Shown: piece after piece, positions 54,930-64,000 of the stretch
Position numbering within the stretch: the stretch's first letter is position 1
Layout: each line of letters starts with the position of its first letter
Assembly (NCBI GenBank): GCA_028718635.1
Contig: JAQULK010000001.1
Coordinates: forward strand, 152,626 to 216,625
Length of the DNA stretch: 64,000 bases
Source of the DNA: Minisyncoccota bacterium
GTDB taxonomy: Bacteria > Patescibacteriota > Minisyncoccia > Phycocordibacterales > UBA9973
Direction: 5' to 3'
The notes under the pieces: generated by a model
Seen by the model: the letters and a program-made list of their open reading frames with translations, nothing else
Told to the model about the DNA's origin: nothing
The model's database searches: none
Translations under genes and position numbers: made by a program

Positions 54930-56204
54930 ATGAAAAATAAAATCAGAAATACCTTTCTTTCGCTTAGAATAAGAAATTACAGATTGTATTTTATTGGTCA
55001 GGCAATTTCTTTGTCTGGTACATGGATACAGACAATCGCTCAGGGTTGGCTTGTATTACAACTAACACATTCAGGTACTCAGCTTGGAATTGTGTACACT
55101 TTTCAATTTTTACCGATTCTTATTTTGGGTCCCTGGGGCGGGTTGGTTGCTGATAGATTTTCAAAAAGAAAGATTCTCTATTTAACCCAAGGTATTTTTG
55201 GTGTTTTGGCTTTAGTATTAGGTATTCTTGTTTTGACTCATAGTATCCAAATTTATATGGTTTATATATTCGCCTTAATCCTTGGATTAGTCAATGTTAT
55301 AAACAGCCCAACATTACATACCTTTATTCCAGAGATGGTAGGAAAGGAGAATTTACAAAATGCAGTTTCTTTAAATGTAATGGAGTCTAATTTAGCTCGT
55401 GCTATTGGGCCAGCCTTAGCTGGAATTTTAATTTTATCTGTTGGAATCGGTTGGTGTTTCATTTTTAATGCAATCTCCTTCATTGCCGTAATTATTGCTT
55501 TTTCCATTATGAAGGAAAAGGAGTTACATTTAACTTTTAGAGCTCAAAATAAAAGTGGGCAATTAATGGAGGGTTTGCGTTATGTGCGATCTAACCCAAT
55601 TCTTTTTAACACACTTCTAATGATGGCGATTATTGGTACTTTGTCGTATGAATTTGCCACTTCGCTGCCATTAATCGCTCAATATACTTTTCATGGCGAT
55701 GCTGGAAGTTATGCATTTTTGCAAACTTTTATAGGAATTGGATCTGCTGTAGGTGGCTTGCTGGCAGCCAGCAGAAAAAAAATATCCTCTAATATGATTG
55801 TTGTGTCGGCCATGGGGTTAGGCGTATCTTTAACAATTGCCGCATTTATGCCAAATATTTTTCTTATGATTTTAGTTATGTTTATTGTCGGCATATTTTC
55901 TATTAATTATATTTCTTTAAGTAATACAACTTTACAAACGGAAAGCAGACCAGAAATGCGGGGTCGAGTAATGGCACTTTGGACAGTGGCCTTTCTTGGA
56001 TCCACGTCAATCGGTGGACCAATCATTGGTTGGATTGGAGAACACATAGGTCCACGTTACGGGTTAGCCGTAGGAGGAGTAGCCGCAATTATCGCTGCTT
56101 TTATTGGAAAAATTAAAATTGCACGCAATAATGAAACACATATTGTTTCTAGTGAAACAAAAATATTAGAAGAAGAAGTCGGCGAACAAATGAACTTAAA
56201 ATAA
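54930..56204 (+). CDS. MFS transporter
   Basis: 12 TM; G.VADRF.KR, MRGRVM motifs. Confidence 0.9.
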   Translation: MKNKIRNTFLSLRIRNYRLYFIGQAISLSGTWIQTIAQGWLVLQLTHSGTQLGIVYTFQFLPILILGPWGGLVADRFSKRKILYLTQGIFGVLALVLGILVLTHSIQIYMVYIFALILGLVNVINSPTLHTFIPEMVGKENLQNAVSLNVMESNLARAIGPALAGILILSVGIGWCFIFNAISFIAVIIAFSIMKEKELHLTFRAQNKSGQLMEGLRYVRSNPILFNTLLMMAIIGTLSYEFATSLPLIAQYTFHGDAGSYAFLQTFIGIGSAVGGLLAASRKKISSNMIVVSAMGLGVSLTIAAFMPNIFLMILVMFIVGIFSINYISLSNTTLQTESRPEMRGRVMALWTVAFLGSTSIGGPIIGWIGEHIGPRYGLAVGGVAAIIAAFIGKIKIARNNETHIVSSETKILEEEVGEQMNLK

Positions 56205-56209
56205 TTAAA

Positions 56210-56596
56210 ATGAAAAAAATTCTTTCAATATTTGCTTCTGCTTTTATTCTGAATGTAATTTGGGAGAATTTGCATTCTGTTTTTTATGCAAATTATATGG
56301 GTGGAAAAATCACGGAGATTATACTTTTGCGAGCCAGTTTAGCTGATGCCCTTATTGTCGCAATCATTACCTTGCCATTTATTTTTTATTCTCCACTCAA
56401 AAATAAAAGTTGGCTGATAATTTTTATCGGAATAATAATTTCCATTTTTATAGAATATTGGGGACTTGGAACAGGCAGGTGGGCGTACAATTCCCTCATG
56501 CCTATTATTCCTGTTTTAGGAACGGGATTAACTCCGACCGTTCAGCTTGGCTTGCTTGGGTACGTTTCATTCAAAATAGCAGAGTATCTTAATTAA
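56210..56596 (+). CDS. Hypothetical membrane protein
   Basis: WE..H, W.Y...MP....GL.P..Q. Confidence 0.65.
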   Translation: MKKILSIFASAFILNVIWENLHSVFYANYMGGKITEIILLRASLADALIVAIITLPFIFYSPLKNKSWLIIFIGIIISIFIEYWGLGTGRWAYNSLMPIIPVLGTGLTPTVQLGLLGYVSFKIAEYLN

Positions 56597-57005
56597 TTTT
56601 TTTTTTCACTTCACCATCTATATGGTCCAGCTTTTTCTCTAATCTAGAGAGTGTATTTTGTAAGTTTTTGAGCTGAACTTCTTCTGTTTGAATTTCTTTT
56701 TCTTCCTTTTTAATTTCACCCTCTTCTTTTTTTGTAATTTTTTCTTCACCGATAAGGCCGGAGATGATAAGACGGTTTCCGATGAATTCATAGACAAGCA
56801 AGCCTGTTACTAAAAGAATAATAATTCCCAAAAGAAGAGAAAGAGTGCTGCTCATGCTCATGTCGTCTGCAGTGTGCCAGATTCCGCGCCAAAGAAGTAC
56901 TACGCCGATACTTCCAATAAACGCATAAATAATGGGATAACGACTCAAAAATGCCCTTATTTTATTTTCTGTATTTTCGCAAAAATCTAAAAATCTTTTT
57001 ATCAT
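56589..57005 (-). CDS. Hypothetical protein (2 TM + coiled coil)
   Basis: GVVLLWRGIWH; charged C-terminus. Confidence 0.65.
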   Translation of the reverse strand: MIKRFLDFCENTENKIRAFLSRYPIIYAFIGSIGVVLLWRGIWHTADDMSMSSTLSLLLGIIILLVTGLLVYEFIGNRLIISGLIGEEKITKKEEGEIKKEEKEIQTEEVQLKNLQNTLSRLEKKLDHIDGEVKKKIN

Positions 57006-57048
57006 TGTATTGTATAAATAATACACTAAGAGTAGAATTATTTCCATA

Positions 57049-57627
57049 ATGATTTGGAATAACCCTAATTTAATAAAAGTTCTAAAAGATGGTGGGGTGG
57101 CAGTGATGCCGACTGATACTATATATGGAATAGTCGGAAGGGCGCAAAACCTCGCGACAGTTGAGCATATTTACGCCTTGCGCAAAAGAAGCCCCAATAA
57201 GCCTTGCATTATATTAATTGGAAATATTAACGAACTGGAAAAGTTTTCCATTTCTTTATCACAACAGCAACAAAGCAAACTAAAAGAAAGTTTGTTTAAT
57301 TTAAGCGGAATCGAAGGATCCGAACCTTTGAGTATTGTTTTAGATTGCCCGGATGATGCTTTTGCATTTTTGCATCGAGGAACGAATACTCTTGCATTTA
57401 GAGTTCCTCTTAATGAAGAACTTAGAAATTTGTTGATCCAAACAGGTCCACTTATCGCTCCCTCGGCAAACATAGAAGATATGCCTCCTGTGCAAAATAT
57501 CGATGAAGCAAAAAAATATTTTGGCAACTCAGTTAATCTGTATGTGGATGGAGGCGCTATTGCAGGCAAAGCATCCAAGGTGATCAGATTAAATAAAGAT
57601 GGAACAGTGACTGTTGTCAGAGAATGA
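57049..57627 (+). CDS. tsaC: Threonylcarbamoyl-AMP synthase (TsaC/Sua5 family)
   Basis: PTDTIYG, K.R...KP, A.RVP, PSANI. Confidence 0.9.
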   Translation: MIWNNPNLIKVLKDGGVAVMPTDTIYGIVGRAQNLATVEHIYALRKRSPNKPCIILIGNINELEKFSISLSQQQQSKLKESLFNLSGIEGSEPLSIVLDCPDDAFAFLHRGTNTLAFRVPLNEELRNLLIQTGPLIAPSANIEDMPPVQNIDEAKKYFGNSVNLYVDGGAIAGKASKVIRLNKDGTVTVVRE

Positions 57628-57664
57628 CAACAACTCCATGGCAAGACCTATGGGGTAGAGTAAA

Positions 57665-59023
57665 TTATAAAAACGAAACGAGTAGCGCTATGGCAAATAC
57701 GCCCATTAATACAAAAGCGGCCCAGAGTCCAAGCTTTGAGGCTAGACCGCTTTTATGCTCGCCCATTACATCATTTCGGCTAGAAAGTCTTGTAATAAAA
57801 TAAATTAGAGGGACTGCTGCGACTCCGTTGAATACGGCGGTAAAGATAAGCGCCTTGATAGGATCAAAACCTATAAAATTAAAAACCAGACCAATCAAGG
57901 TGCCGACAATAATCACAAAATAAAAATTGCGCGATTGTTTGAATTTGCGGAACAGTCCTTCTCGCCAGCTAAAGGTCTCAGCCACTGCGTAGGCAGAACT
58001 TCCCGCCAACACCGGTATGCTCTGAAGACCGATGCCAATTATTCCGATGGAAAAAATAAGCTTCGCCAGAAAGCCAGCGTTTGGAAATGTGTGTACTAAT
58101 GGTTCAAGAGCGCGGGCGGCATCAGCAGCCGTATTAATATTCGTCACTCCATTTTGATTGAGCACGAGAGCTCCCACTACGATGATAAACCATGCAGTGA
58201 CGTTGGAAAAAAGCATACCTACGGCATTATCAATACGCAGATTTTTTAAATAAGATTTTGTTAATTTAGGAATGCCACCGCTTTGGGGCATTTTATGTTT
58301 AGCGATACTGTCCTCGACAACGTTGCTCGTCTGCCAGAAGAATAAATAAGGCGAGATAGTTGTGCCAAAAATTCCGACTATGATGTACAGAAAAGATCTA
58401 TTGAATTGGACCTGGGGGATGAGAGTAGATTTTAATACATCAACCCAAGGTACGGCAATTAAAAATGCTGTAATGAAATAGGCAAATAATGCCATTGCCA
58501 GCCATTTTAAAATACGAATATACGTGCGATAAGGAATAAGCACTTCTAATAATATTATAAGGATAGCAAAACCAACCGCTAAAACAGAAAATGGAATAAT
58601 CGGAATAATAAGCCGAGTGCTGGCTGCCATTGCTCCGATGTCTGAACCGATATTGAGAGTATTAGCGCACACCACGAGCAATACGATCGGATACAATACT
58701 ATTTTGGGATAACGTTCACGGACCACGGCCGCCAATCCTTTGCCGGTGACGGCTCCTATGCGCATGCAAGCTTCTTGCACGGCGGTCATAAGCGGAAGAG
58801 TGAAAAGCATAGTCCAGGGCAAGGAGAACCCGAATTGCGCTCCCGCTTGGGAATATGTAGCGATTCCAGACGGATCGTCATCGGCTGCTCCTGTGACAAT
58901 CCCTGGACCGAGGATTCTTAAAAATCTCCCGAATGGTTTCGGAGTTTTTCTTTTTTTCCTTGTTTTATCTGGTACGGCACTTTGTTCTGTGTCAGCGATT
59001 AATTCATCAGGAAATTTAACCAT
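57665..59023 (-). CDS. NRAMP-family divalent metal transporter
   Basis: GPG..TGAADDDPSGIATYSQ.GA.FG, GTTISPY. Confidence 0.9.
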   Translation of the reverse strand: MVKFPDELIADTEQSAVPDKTRKKRKTPKPFGRFLRILGPGIVTGAADDDPSGIATYSQAGAQFGFSLPWTMLFTLPLMTAVQEACMRIGAVTGKGLAAVVRERYPKIVLYPIVLLVVCANTLNIGSDIGAMAASTRLIIPIIPFSVLAVGFAILIILLEVLIPYRTYIRILKWLAMALFAYFITAFLIAVPWVDVLKSTLIPQVQFNRSFLYIIVGIFGTTISPYLFFWQTSNVVEDSIAKHKMPQSGGIPKLTKSYLKNLRIDNAVGMLFSNVTAWFIIVVGALVLNQNGVTNINTAADAARALEPLVHTFPNAGFLAKLIFSIGIIGIGLQSIPVLAGSSAYAVAETFSWREGLFRKFKQSRNFYFVIIVGTLIGLVFNFIGFDPIKALIFTAVFNGVAAVPLIYFITRLSSRNDVMGEHKSGLASKLGLWAAFVLMGVFAIALLVSFL

Positions 59024-59052
59024 ATATGAAGTATAGCGAATTTTTTTCTTTT

Positions 59053-59098
59053 GGTATACCCCCACACTTATTGTTGATTTAATAAGTGTGGGGGTATA
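59053..59098. repeat. CCCCACACTTATT/AATAAGTGTGGGG hairpin between divergent genes, flanked by GGTATA
   Basis: Related to 40635-40703. Confidence 0.75.
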
Positions 59099-59114
59099 GC
59101 ATAGAAGTGATGGA

Positions 59115-59232
59115 TCCCGTTAGAAGCCGCGATCGCAATTTAAAAACAAACAAAATATGAAATCAAATATTTGGGAAATTAATAATATAAAACATAAGAT
59201 ACGTGAGTTGATCGCGATCTGCTTCTAACGGG
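59115..59232 (+). mobile_element. TCCCGTTAGAAG...CTTCTAACGGG element at the murB start, flanked by an ATGGA duplication
   Basis: ATGGA at 59110-59114 and 59233-59237; sister of 33345-33463. Confidence 0.9.
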
Positions 59233-60246
59233 ATGGAAATTTTAAAGAACTACAATCTTTCTAAGTTAAACACCCTCGGTATCAACGTCGAGGCGAAATT
59301 TTTCGTCGAAGTGCAATCTGAAAAAGATCTGAAAGAACTTTTTGTTTTGCCCGAATTTAAAAATAATAAGAAAATGTTCCTCGGGGGAGGGAGCAATGTT
59401 TTATTTACCAAAGATTTTGACGGAATGGTGGTTTTAAATAAATTAAGAGGCATAGAAATCACGGAAGAAGATTCTGAAAATGTTTATATTCGCGGAGCGG
59501 GCGGAGAACTTTGGCATGATTTGGTAATGTTTGCTGTCAATCATGGATATTGGGGCATAGAAAATTTATCATTCATTCCTGGGACTGTCGGTGCTGCGCC
59601 GGTACAAAACATAGGAGCATATGGACTAGAGCTCAAGGATGTGCTTTTTAACGTTGAAACTTTTGAAATTGAAACAGGAATAAAAAGGATTTTTAGCAAA
59701 GAAGAGTGCAAGTTGGGATACCGGGACAGTGTTTTTAAAAATAAATTAAAAAATAAATATTTTATTTCAGCTATTACTTTAAAATTAAGCAAAAAAGAAA
59801 AGCGAAACATAAAATATAAAATTTTGTCAGATTTTTTAGAAAAAAATAAAATAGAAATTAAGAGCCCAAAAGATATTAGCGATGCTGTGATGTGTATACG
59901 CCAAAGCAAATTACCAGACCCAAAAATTATAGGCAATGCCGGGAGTTTTTTTAAAAATGTTTTTGTGGGGAAAGAACAGCTGCAAGTTTTGCAAATAAGT
60001 TATCCGGAAATCCCTCATTTTGAAAATAATGGAATTATAAAAATTCCTGCTGCTTGGTTGGTTGAACAGTGCGGATGGAAAGGACACAGAGTGGGGAATG
60101 TCGGGGTGCATGAAAAGCAAGCACTAGTTTTAGTAAATTACGGAGAGGTGAAAGGTTTAGAGATTTTGGAGTTAGCAAACAAAATAATTGCATCCGTAAA
60201 AGAAAAATTCGGACTGGATTTAGTGCCCGAAGTTAATATTGTGTAA
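59233..60246 (+). CDS. murB: UDP-N-acetylmuramate dehydrogenase
   Basis: GGGSN, IPGTVGAAPVQNIGAYG, YRDS.FK, NAGSFFKN, ALVLVN. Confidence 0.97.
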   Translation: MEILKNYNLSKLNTLGINVEAKFFVEVQSEKDLKELFVLPEFKNNKKMFLGGGSNVLFTKDFDGMVVLNKLRGIEITEEDSENVYIRGAGGELWHDLVMFAVNHGYWGIENLSFIPGTVGAAPVQNIGAYGLELKDVLFNVETFEIETGIKRIFSKEECKLGYRDSVFKNKLKNKYFISAITLKLSKKEKRNIKYKILSDFLEKNKIEIKSPKDISDAVMCIRQSKLPDPKIIGNAGSFFKNVFVGKEQLQVLQISYPEIPHFENNGIIKIPAAWLVEQCGWKGHRVGNVGVHEKQALVLVNYGEVKGLEILELANKIIASVKEKFGLDLVPEVNIV

Positions 60247-60301
60247 GTGGCGCTATTTTGAAAACAGTTGCCTTTTTATATAATTGTATTATACTGTACA
60301 T

Positions 60302-60904
60302 ATGAGTACAGGTAAAAATGATAAAGTTGCAAGAAAAAGCGGTTATTTAGGTCGTTTTGCGCAATTAGCCGGGTTGGGTATGGTAATTTTTCACGCTGGC
60401 GATCTGGCTAATTTATGGCAGATAAAGAACAAAAATACTTTGCATACCACTTTAAAACGTTACACCCGGGCCGGATTATTGACGCGAGTTTATCGAGGCC
60501 TGTATTCCTTAAAGCCGGTTGAGAAACTGGAGCCAGCGCTTTTGGGCGCAAAGGCTTTGCATAGATATGCATACATGAGTGCGGAAACGGTCTTGGCACA
60601 AGAAGGGATTATCCAGCAAAAAATCAATCGGATTACCCTTGTGAGTTCAGTGTCAAAGAAATTTTCCATAAACGGACAGAATTTCCATTCCCGGAAATTA
60701 GCTGACCGGTTTCTATATAATCCGGCCGGCATAATTGAAAAAGATGGAGTGAAAAGGGCGATGGCAGAAAGAGCGGTGGCGGATATGCTATATTTCAATC
60801 CCAAGACTCATTTCGACGCGGAAGGTTTGATAAATTGGCGCAAGGTCAAGGAGATACAGGAGACTATCGGCTATTCGCCAACCTTTAAGCATTACCGGAA
60901 ATAA
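60302..60904 (+). CDS. AbiEi-like antitoxin / transcriptional regulator
   Basis: wHTH with R..RGLY, Y.S.ET.L...G, ERA.AD..Y. Confidence 0.8.
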   Translation: MSTGKNDKVARKSGYLGRFAQLAGLGMVIFHAGDLANLWQIKNKNTLHTTLKRYTRAGLLTRVYRGLYSLKPVEKLEPALLGAKALHRYAYMSAETVLAQEGIIQQKINRITLVSSVSKKFSINGQNFHSRKLADRFLYNPAGIIEKDGVKRAMAERAVADMLYFNPKTHFDAEGLINWRKVKEIQETIGYSPTFKHYRK

Positions 60905-60907
60905 TTT

Positions 60908-61645
60908 ATGATTTTACCCAATACCAAAGACACCATCCACAAAGCCTGGCTTTACAGGTTGCTTTCGGGAATTTACGACGAGCCTCAACTCGCTGGGTTT
61001 TTGTATTTCAAGGGCGGAACTTGTGCGGCGATGCTCGGGTATCTTGATCGTTTTTCGGTGGATTTGGATTTTGATTTTACCGGTAAAAAGGAAGATGTTC
61101 CGATGGTTCAAAAAAAACTGGAAAAAGTTTTCAGAAAGCTCGGCATGGAAATAAAAGACCGAAGCAAAAACGTTCCGCAATATTTTTTGAAATATCCCGC
61201 TAAAGATCATGAGCGAAACACGATAAAATTGGATGTTACTTTTCCTCCGCCCTTGGCCAACAAATATGAACCCAAGGAATTTGCTGATATTGACAGGATC
61301 ATTACTTGCCAGACTATCGAAACGATGTTTGCCAATAAATTGGTGGCGCTTATCGACCGTTATGAGAAAAACGAGTCCATCGCCGGGCGCGACCTGTATG
61401 ACATCCATCATTTTTTCTTTCAAGGCTTCACTTATGACAAGGAAGTGATTGAGGAAAGAAGGAAAAAGTCTGTCGCGGAGTTTTTTAGGGAGCTAGCGGA
61501 TTTTATCGAGAAAAACATCACTGAAACGATTATCAACCAGGACTTGAATTCTTTGCTCGCACCTGATCAATTCCAAAAAATTAGAAAGATATTGAAGCGG
61601 GAAACACTGATGTTTCTGCGGGACGAAATAAAAAGGAGTAGTTGA
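60908..61645 (+). CDS. AbiEii-family nucleotidyltransferase toxin
   Basis: FKGGT, RFSVDLDF, K..AL, RDLYD. Confidence 0.9.
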   Translation: MILPNTKDTIHKAWLYRLLSGIYDEPQLAGFLYFKGGTCAAMLGYLDRFSVDLDFDFTGKKEDVPMVQKKLEKVFRKLGMEIKDRSKNVPQYFLKYPAKDHERNTIKLDVTFPPPLANKYEPKEFADIDRIITCQTIETMFANKLVALIDRYEKNESIAGRDLYDIHHFFFQGFTYDKEVIEERRKKSVAEFFRELADFIEKNITETIINQDLNSLLAPDQFQKIRKILKRETLMFLRDEIKRSS

Positions 61646-61903
61646 TTATTTTTTAGTGGAGCGGGTTGAGCGTGATATAATATCTGCAAGGAGTTCCTTC
61701 TACATTGCATTATGTTTGTACAAATAGTTTTACACATTGCACATTATGACTTCCGACTCGGAGTCATGATATTATTAAAATATGAAAACCCGACCCAACC
61801 CGCGACCCCACTTCATTGTATTTCTTTTACATGGCATCAAGAGATTAACTACCTCGCTAAACAATCCCAACATTTTCAAACCAGCCCTATTGTTACTTTG
61901 CTC

Positions 61904-61940
61904 GGATGGGGTAGTGGGGGAGAAGACGAAGGGGAGGATG
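61904..61940 (+). repeat. 37-bp G-tract sequence, copy 2
   Basis: Identical to 48097-48133. Confidence 0.9.
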
Positions 61941-62039
61941 AATGGGGATATTTAAAGTGCGTTGGACAAGACTCTAACTTGCTTAGCTTGATTACTTGTT
62001 GTTATAATTAAATTATTAAAAATCTAATTAATCTTAATT

Positions 62040-62534
62040 ATGAATACAGAGAAAAAAAATATGAATATAGTTTTGGCAGTGGTGATTTGTTTAGCTTTGG
62101 TGGGAGTTTTAATTTTTATCAGCCTTAAAAATAAAGAAAATATGCCTTTGAATAATGACGTAAACAATATTGTTAATGATGTTTCTGACAATACTACTCC
62201 AACTATTCCATCTGAGGATTCTGTTTCAGTGGGAGAAGTAGCGAAAAATGGAGACACAGTTTCTGTAAATTATACCGGCCGTTTAGAAAACGGTACAGTT
62301 TTTGATTCAAATGTCGATCCGAAATTTAACCACGTACAGTCTTTCAATTTCACTTTGGGTTCCGGACAAGTTATCCCTGGTTGGGAAAAAGGAATTGTCG
62401 GAATGAAAGTGGGAGAGAAAAAAATCCTTACTATACCTCCAGCGGATGCTTATGGGGCAACTGGTGTCGGAGGAGTTATCCCGCCGAATGCGACCCTTAT
62501 TTTTGATGTCGAATTACTAGCGATTAAAAAATAA
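62040..62534 (+). CDS. FKBP-type peptidyl-prolyl isomerase with an N-terminal anchor
   Basis: VNYTGRL..G.VFDS, VIPGWE, IPP..AYG, IPPNATLIFDVEL. Confidence 0.95.
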   Translation: MNTEKKNMNIVLAVVICLALVGVLIFISLKNKENMPLNNDVNNIVNDVSDNTTPTIPSEDSVSVGEVAKNGDTVSVNYTGRLENGTVFDSNVDPKFNHVQSFNFTLGSGQVIPGWEKGIVGMKVGEKKILTIPPADAYGATGVGGVIPPNATLIFDVELLAIKK

Positions 62535-62538
62535 ATAT

Positions 62539-63372
62539 ATGGAAATATCGCCAGAACAAAAAGTAAAATTATATAACGGATTAAAGATCGCGCTTATTGT
62601 TTTCTTGGCTGTTGTGGTCGCAAATGCTTTGTTTGATTGTAGAGGCGATAGAGACGAAGATAAAACACCTAACACTATATCTTTTTCTGGGCACGGGGAA
62701 GTCACAGCGGTGCCTGATATAGCGAATATTTATTTTACGATTAGCCAAGATGCAAAAACAGTGAAAGATGCTCAAACGGCAGTGGCAACCATAGAGAAAA
62801 AAGCCTTAGATTTATTGAAAGCAAAAGGGGTGGCAGACAAAGATATTCAGACCGCGAATGCATCCTTTAATCCTAAGTATCAATATCAAAATGCTGTTTG
62901 CCCTCCTGTTCCTGTGGGTGCCGGCACAGCCGGGATTGCAGTTGGCTCAACTTCTCCTTCTTATTGTCCTCCTGGCAGGCAAGTGCTTGTCGGCTATACA
63001 GCAAACGAAAGTATTACGGTAAAAATTAGAAATATCGATTCTGTCGGTGATATTATGCAAGGACTAGGGACAACAGGCGTTTCTGATTTGAACGGCCCTA
63101 ATTTCGCAATTGATAAAGAAGATTCTTTAAAAGCAGAAGCAAGGAAAAAAGCTATTGATGACGCCAAAGCAAAAGCAAAAGTGTTGGCAAAAGATTTAGG
63201 AGTACGTTTGGGAAAAATTACTTCTTTCAGTGAAAATGGAAATACTCCGATTATGTATACCGCGAGCGCTATGATGAAAGATAGTGCGGGGGCAGCTCCG
63301 GCACCGGCAGTGATTCCAAAAGGGGAGAACACCATCAGCTCGGATGTGACTATAACTTACGAAATAAGGTAG
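62539..63372 (+). CDS. SIMPL/DUF541 domain protein
   Basis: G.GEV.A.PD.A, AI.DAK.KA..LA..LGV.LG, V.ITYEI. Confidence 0.88.
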   Translation: MEISPEQKVKLYNGLKIALIVFLAVVVANALFDCRGDRDEDKTPNTISFSGHGEVTAVPDIANIYFTISQDAKTVKDAQTAVATIEKKALDLLKAKGVADKDIQTANASFNPKYQYQNAVCPPVPVGAGTAGIAVGSTSPSYCPPGRQVLVGYTANESITVKIRNIDSVGDIMQGLGTTGVSDLNGPNFAIDKEDSLKAEARKKAIDDAKAKAKVLAKDLGVRLGKITSFSENGNTPIMYTASAMMKDSAGAAPAPAVIPKGENTISSDVTITYEIR

Positions 63373-63376
63373 AAAG

Positions 63377-63414
63377 ACCTCACCCCAGCCCTCTCCTTGT
63401 TAAGGAGAGGGGGG
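63377..63414. repeat. ACCTCACCCC..CCCTCTCCTT..AAGGAGAGGG element
   Basis: Nearly identical to 11474-11510 inside uvrB. Confidence 0.85.
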
Positions 63415-63513
63415 TTCATTTGACTATTTGAGCAAAAAGAGTATTATTAAGAAAGCCCTTGAAAGGGGGCTTTTTTAAAATAATTTAAAAATCCGCTATA
63501 GGCGGGGAAGTAT

Positions 63514-63699
63514 ATGTCAAAAATCACTGAATACTTAGAAGAAACAAAAACAGAATTAAAACATGTTATCTGGCCATCTAGGAATCAAACTTTATATTAT
63601 ACGCTCTTAGTTATTGTTTTATCCGTGGTGATTGCCTATTATTTAGGTTTTTTTGATTTTATTTTCTCCCAAGTCTTACAAAAAATAATTACCCCTTAA
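63514..63699 (+). CDS. secE: Preprotein translocase subunit SecE
   Basis: ELKHVIWPS motif, single TM, upstream of nusG. Confidence 0.92.
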   Translation: MSKITEYLEETKTELKHVIWPSRNQTLYYTLLVIVLSVVIAYYLGFFDFIFSQVLQKIITP

Positions 63700-63704
63700 G
63701 AACA

Positions 63705-63775
63705 CTTGTCCCGTAGTAAATTCAGCAAATGGGACATAGTCGATAAATATTATTAATTAAAATTTTACTACTGGG
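63705..63775 (+). mobile_element. CTTGTCCCGTAG...CTACTGGG-ATG element abutting the nusG start codon
   Basis: cccgtagtaaa..tttactactggg; compensatory change relative to the uvrC copy. Confidence 0.8.
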
Positions 63776-64000
63776 ATGGCTAAACAAGAAACGCTAGGAA
63801 CAAGAAATTGGTACGCAATACATACTTATGCCGGATACGAGAACGTTGTTCTTCGTAATTTGAAACAGCGCATAGACTCTCTCGGGATGAATGATAAAAT
63901 TTTTAACGTGATTGTCCCAGTTGAAAAGAAAATAAAAATCAAAGCCGGCAAGCGAGTAGAAGTGGAAGAAAAAATTTATCCCGGATATGTGTTGGTGGAT
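63776..64000 (+). CDS. nusG: Transcription factor NusG (3'-partial)
   Basis: WYAIHTYAGYEN, KIYPGYVLV. Confidence 0.95.
   Translation, partial: MAKQETLGTRNWYAIHTYAGYENVVLRNLKQRIDSLGMNDKIFNVIVPVEKKIKIKAGKRVEVEEKIYPGYVLVD

Noticed and set aside
57301-57320. Possible degenerate REP in tsaC (LSGIEG); similar hints in ruvX (41041-41055) and the uvrB C-terminus
   Set aside because: Too short and degenerate, with no clear second copy or stem in the window.
61712-62011. 99-aa ORF downstream of AbiEii
   Set aside because: No recognisable motif, and it reads the 37-bp repeat in a different frame from the real gene; probably spurious.
1-64000. CRISPR array, transposase, integrase or reverse transcriptase/DGR
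   Set aside because: No regularly spaced direct repeats. No ORF with recognisable Cas, DDE, HUH, tyrosine-recombinase or RT motifs. No TR/VR pair with adenine-specific differences noticed.

Overview
AT-rich chromosomal window, most likely from a Patescibacteria/CPR bacterium (Parcubacteria-like). This is inferred from gene content: CPR-type Cys-rich paralogs, pilB/pilMNO, tRNA-Arg(GCG), and -10 boxes about 6-8 nt before ATGs with almost no SD motifs. It carries dapB-dapA-dapL-dapF, proB-proC-proA, polA, uvrBAC, mutM, ruvA, ABC/MacAB transporters, large secreted proteins, seven tRNAs, two tRNA-linked HNH nucleases, Fic, an AbiE toxin-antitoxin pair, and secE-nusG. The main unexplained structure is a dense set of more than 25 small palindromic elements, with no transposase in the window. 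(1) One class sits exactly at start codons or -10 boxes, several with target-site duplications and internal mini-ORFs or replacement start codons. (2) A second class has a conserved core but copy-specific arms, which in two cases are inverted copies of the adjacent host gene end. (3) Many are translated as in-frame peptide insertions, concentrated in DNA-repair genes. Other candidates: HNH genes whose first codons resemble the 5' end of the downstream tRNA, a (GA)7 frameshift switch before an 872-aa surface protein, and a 37-bp G-tract repeat. Product calls come from motif recognition by eye; no searches were run.
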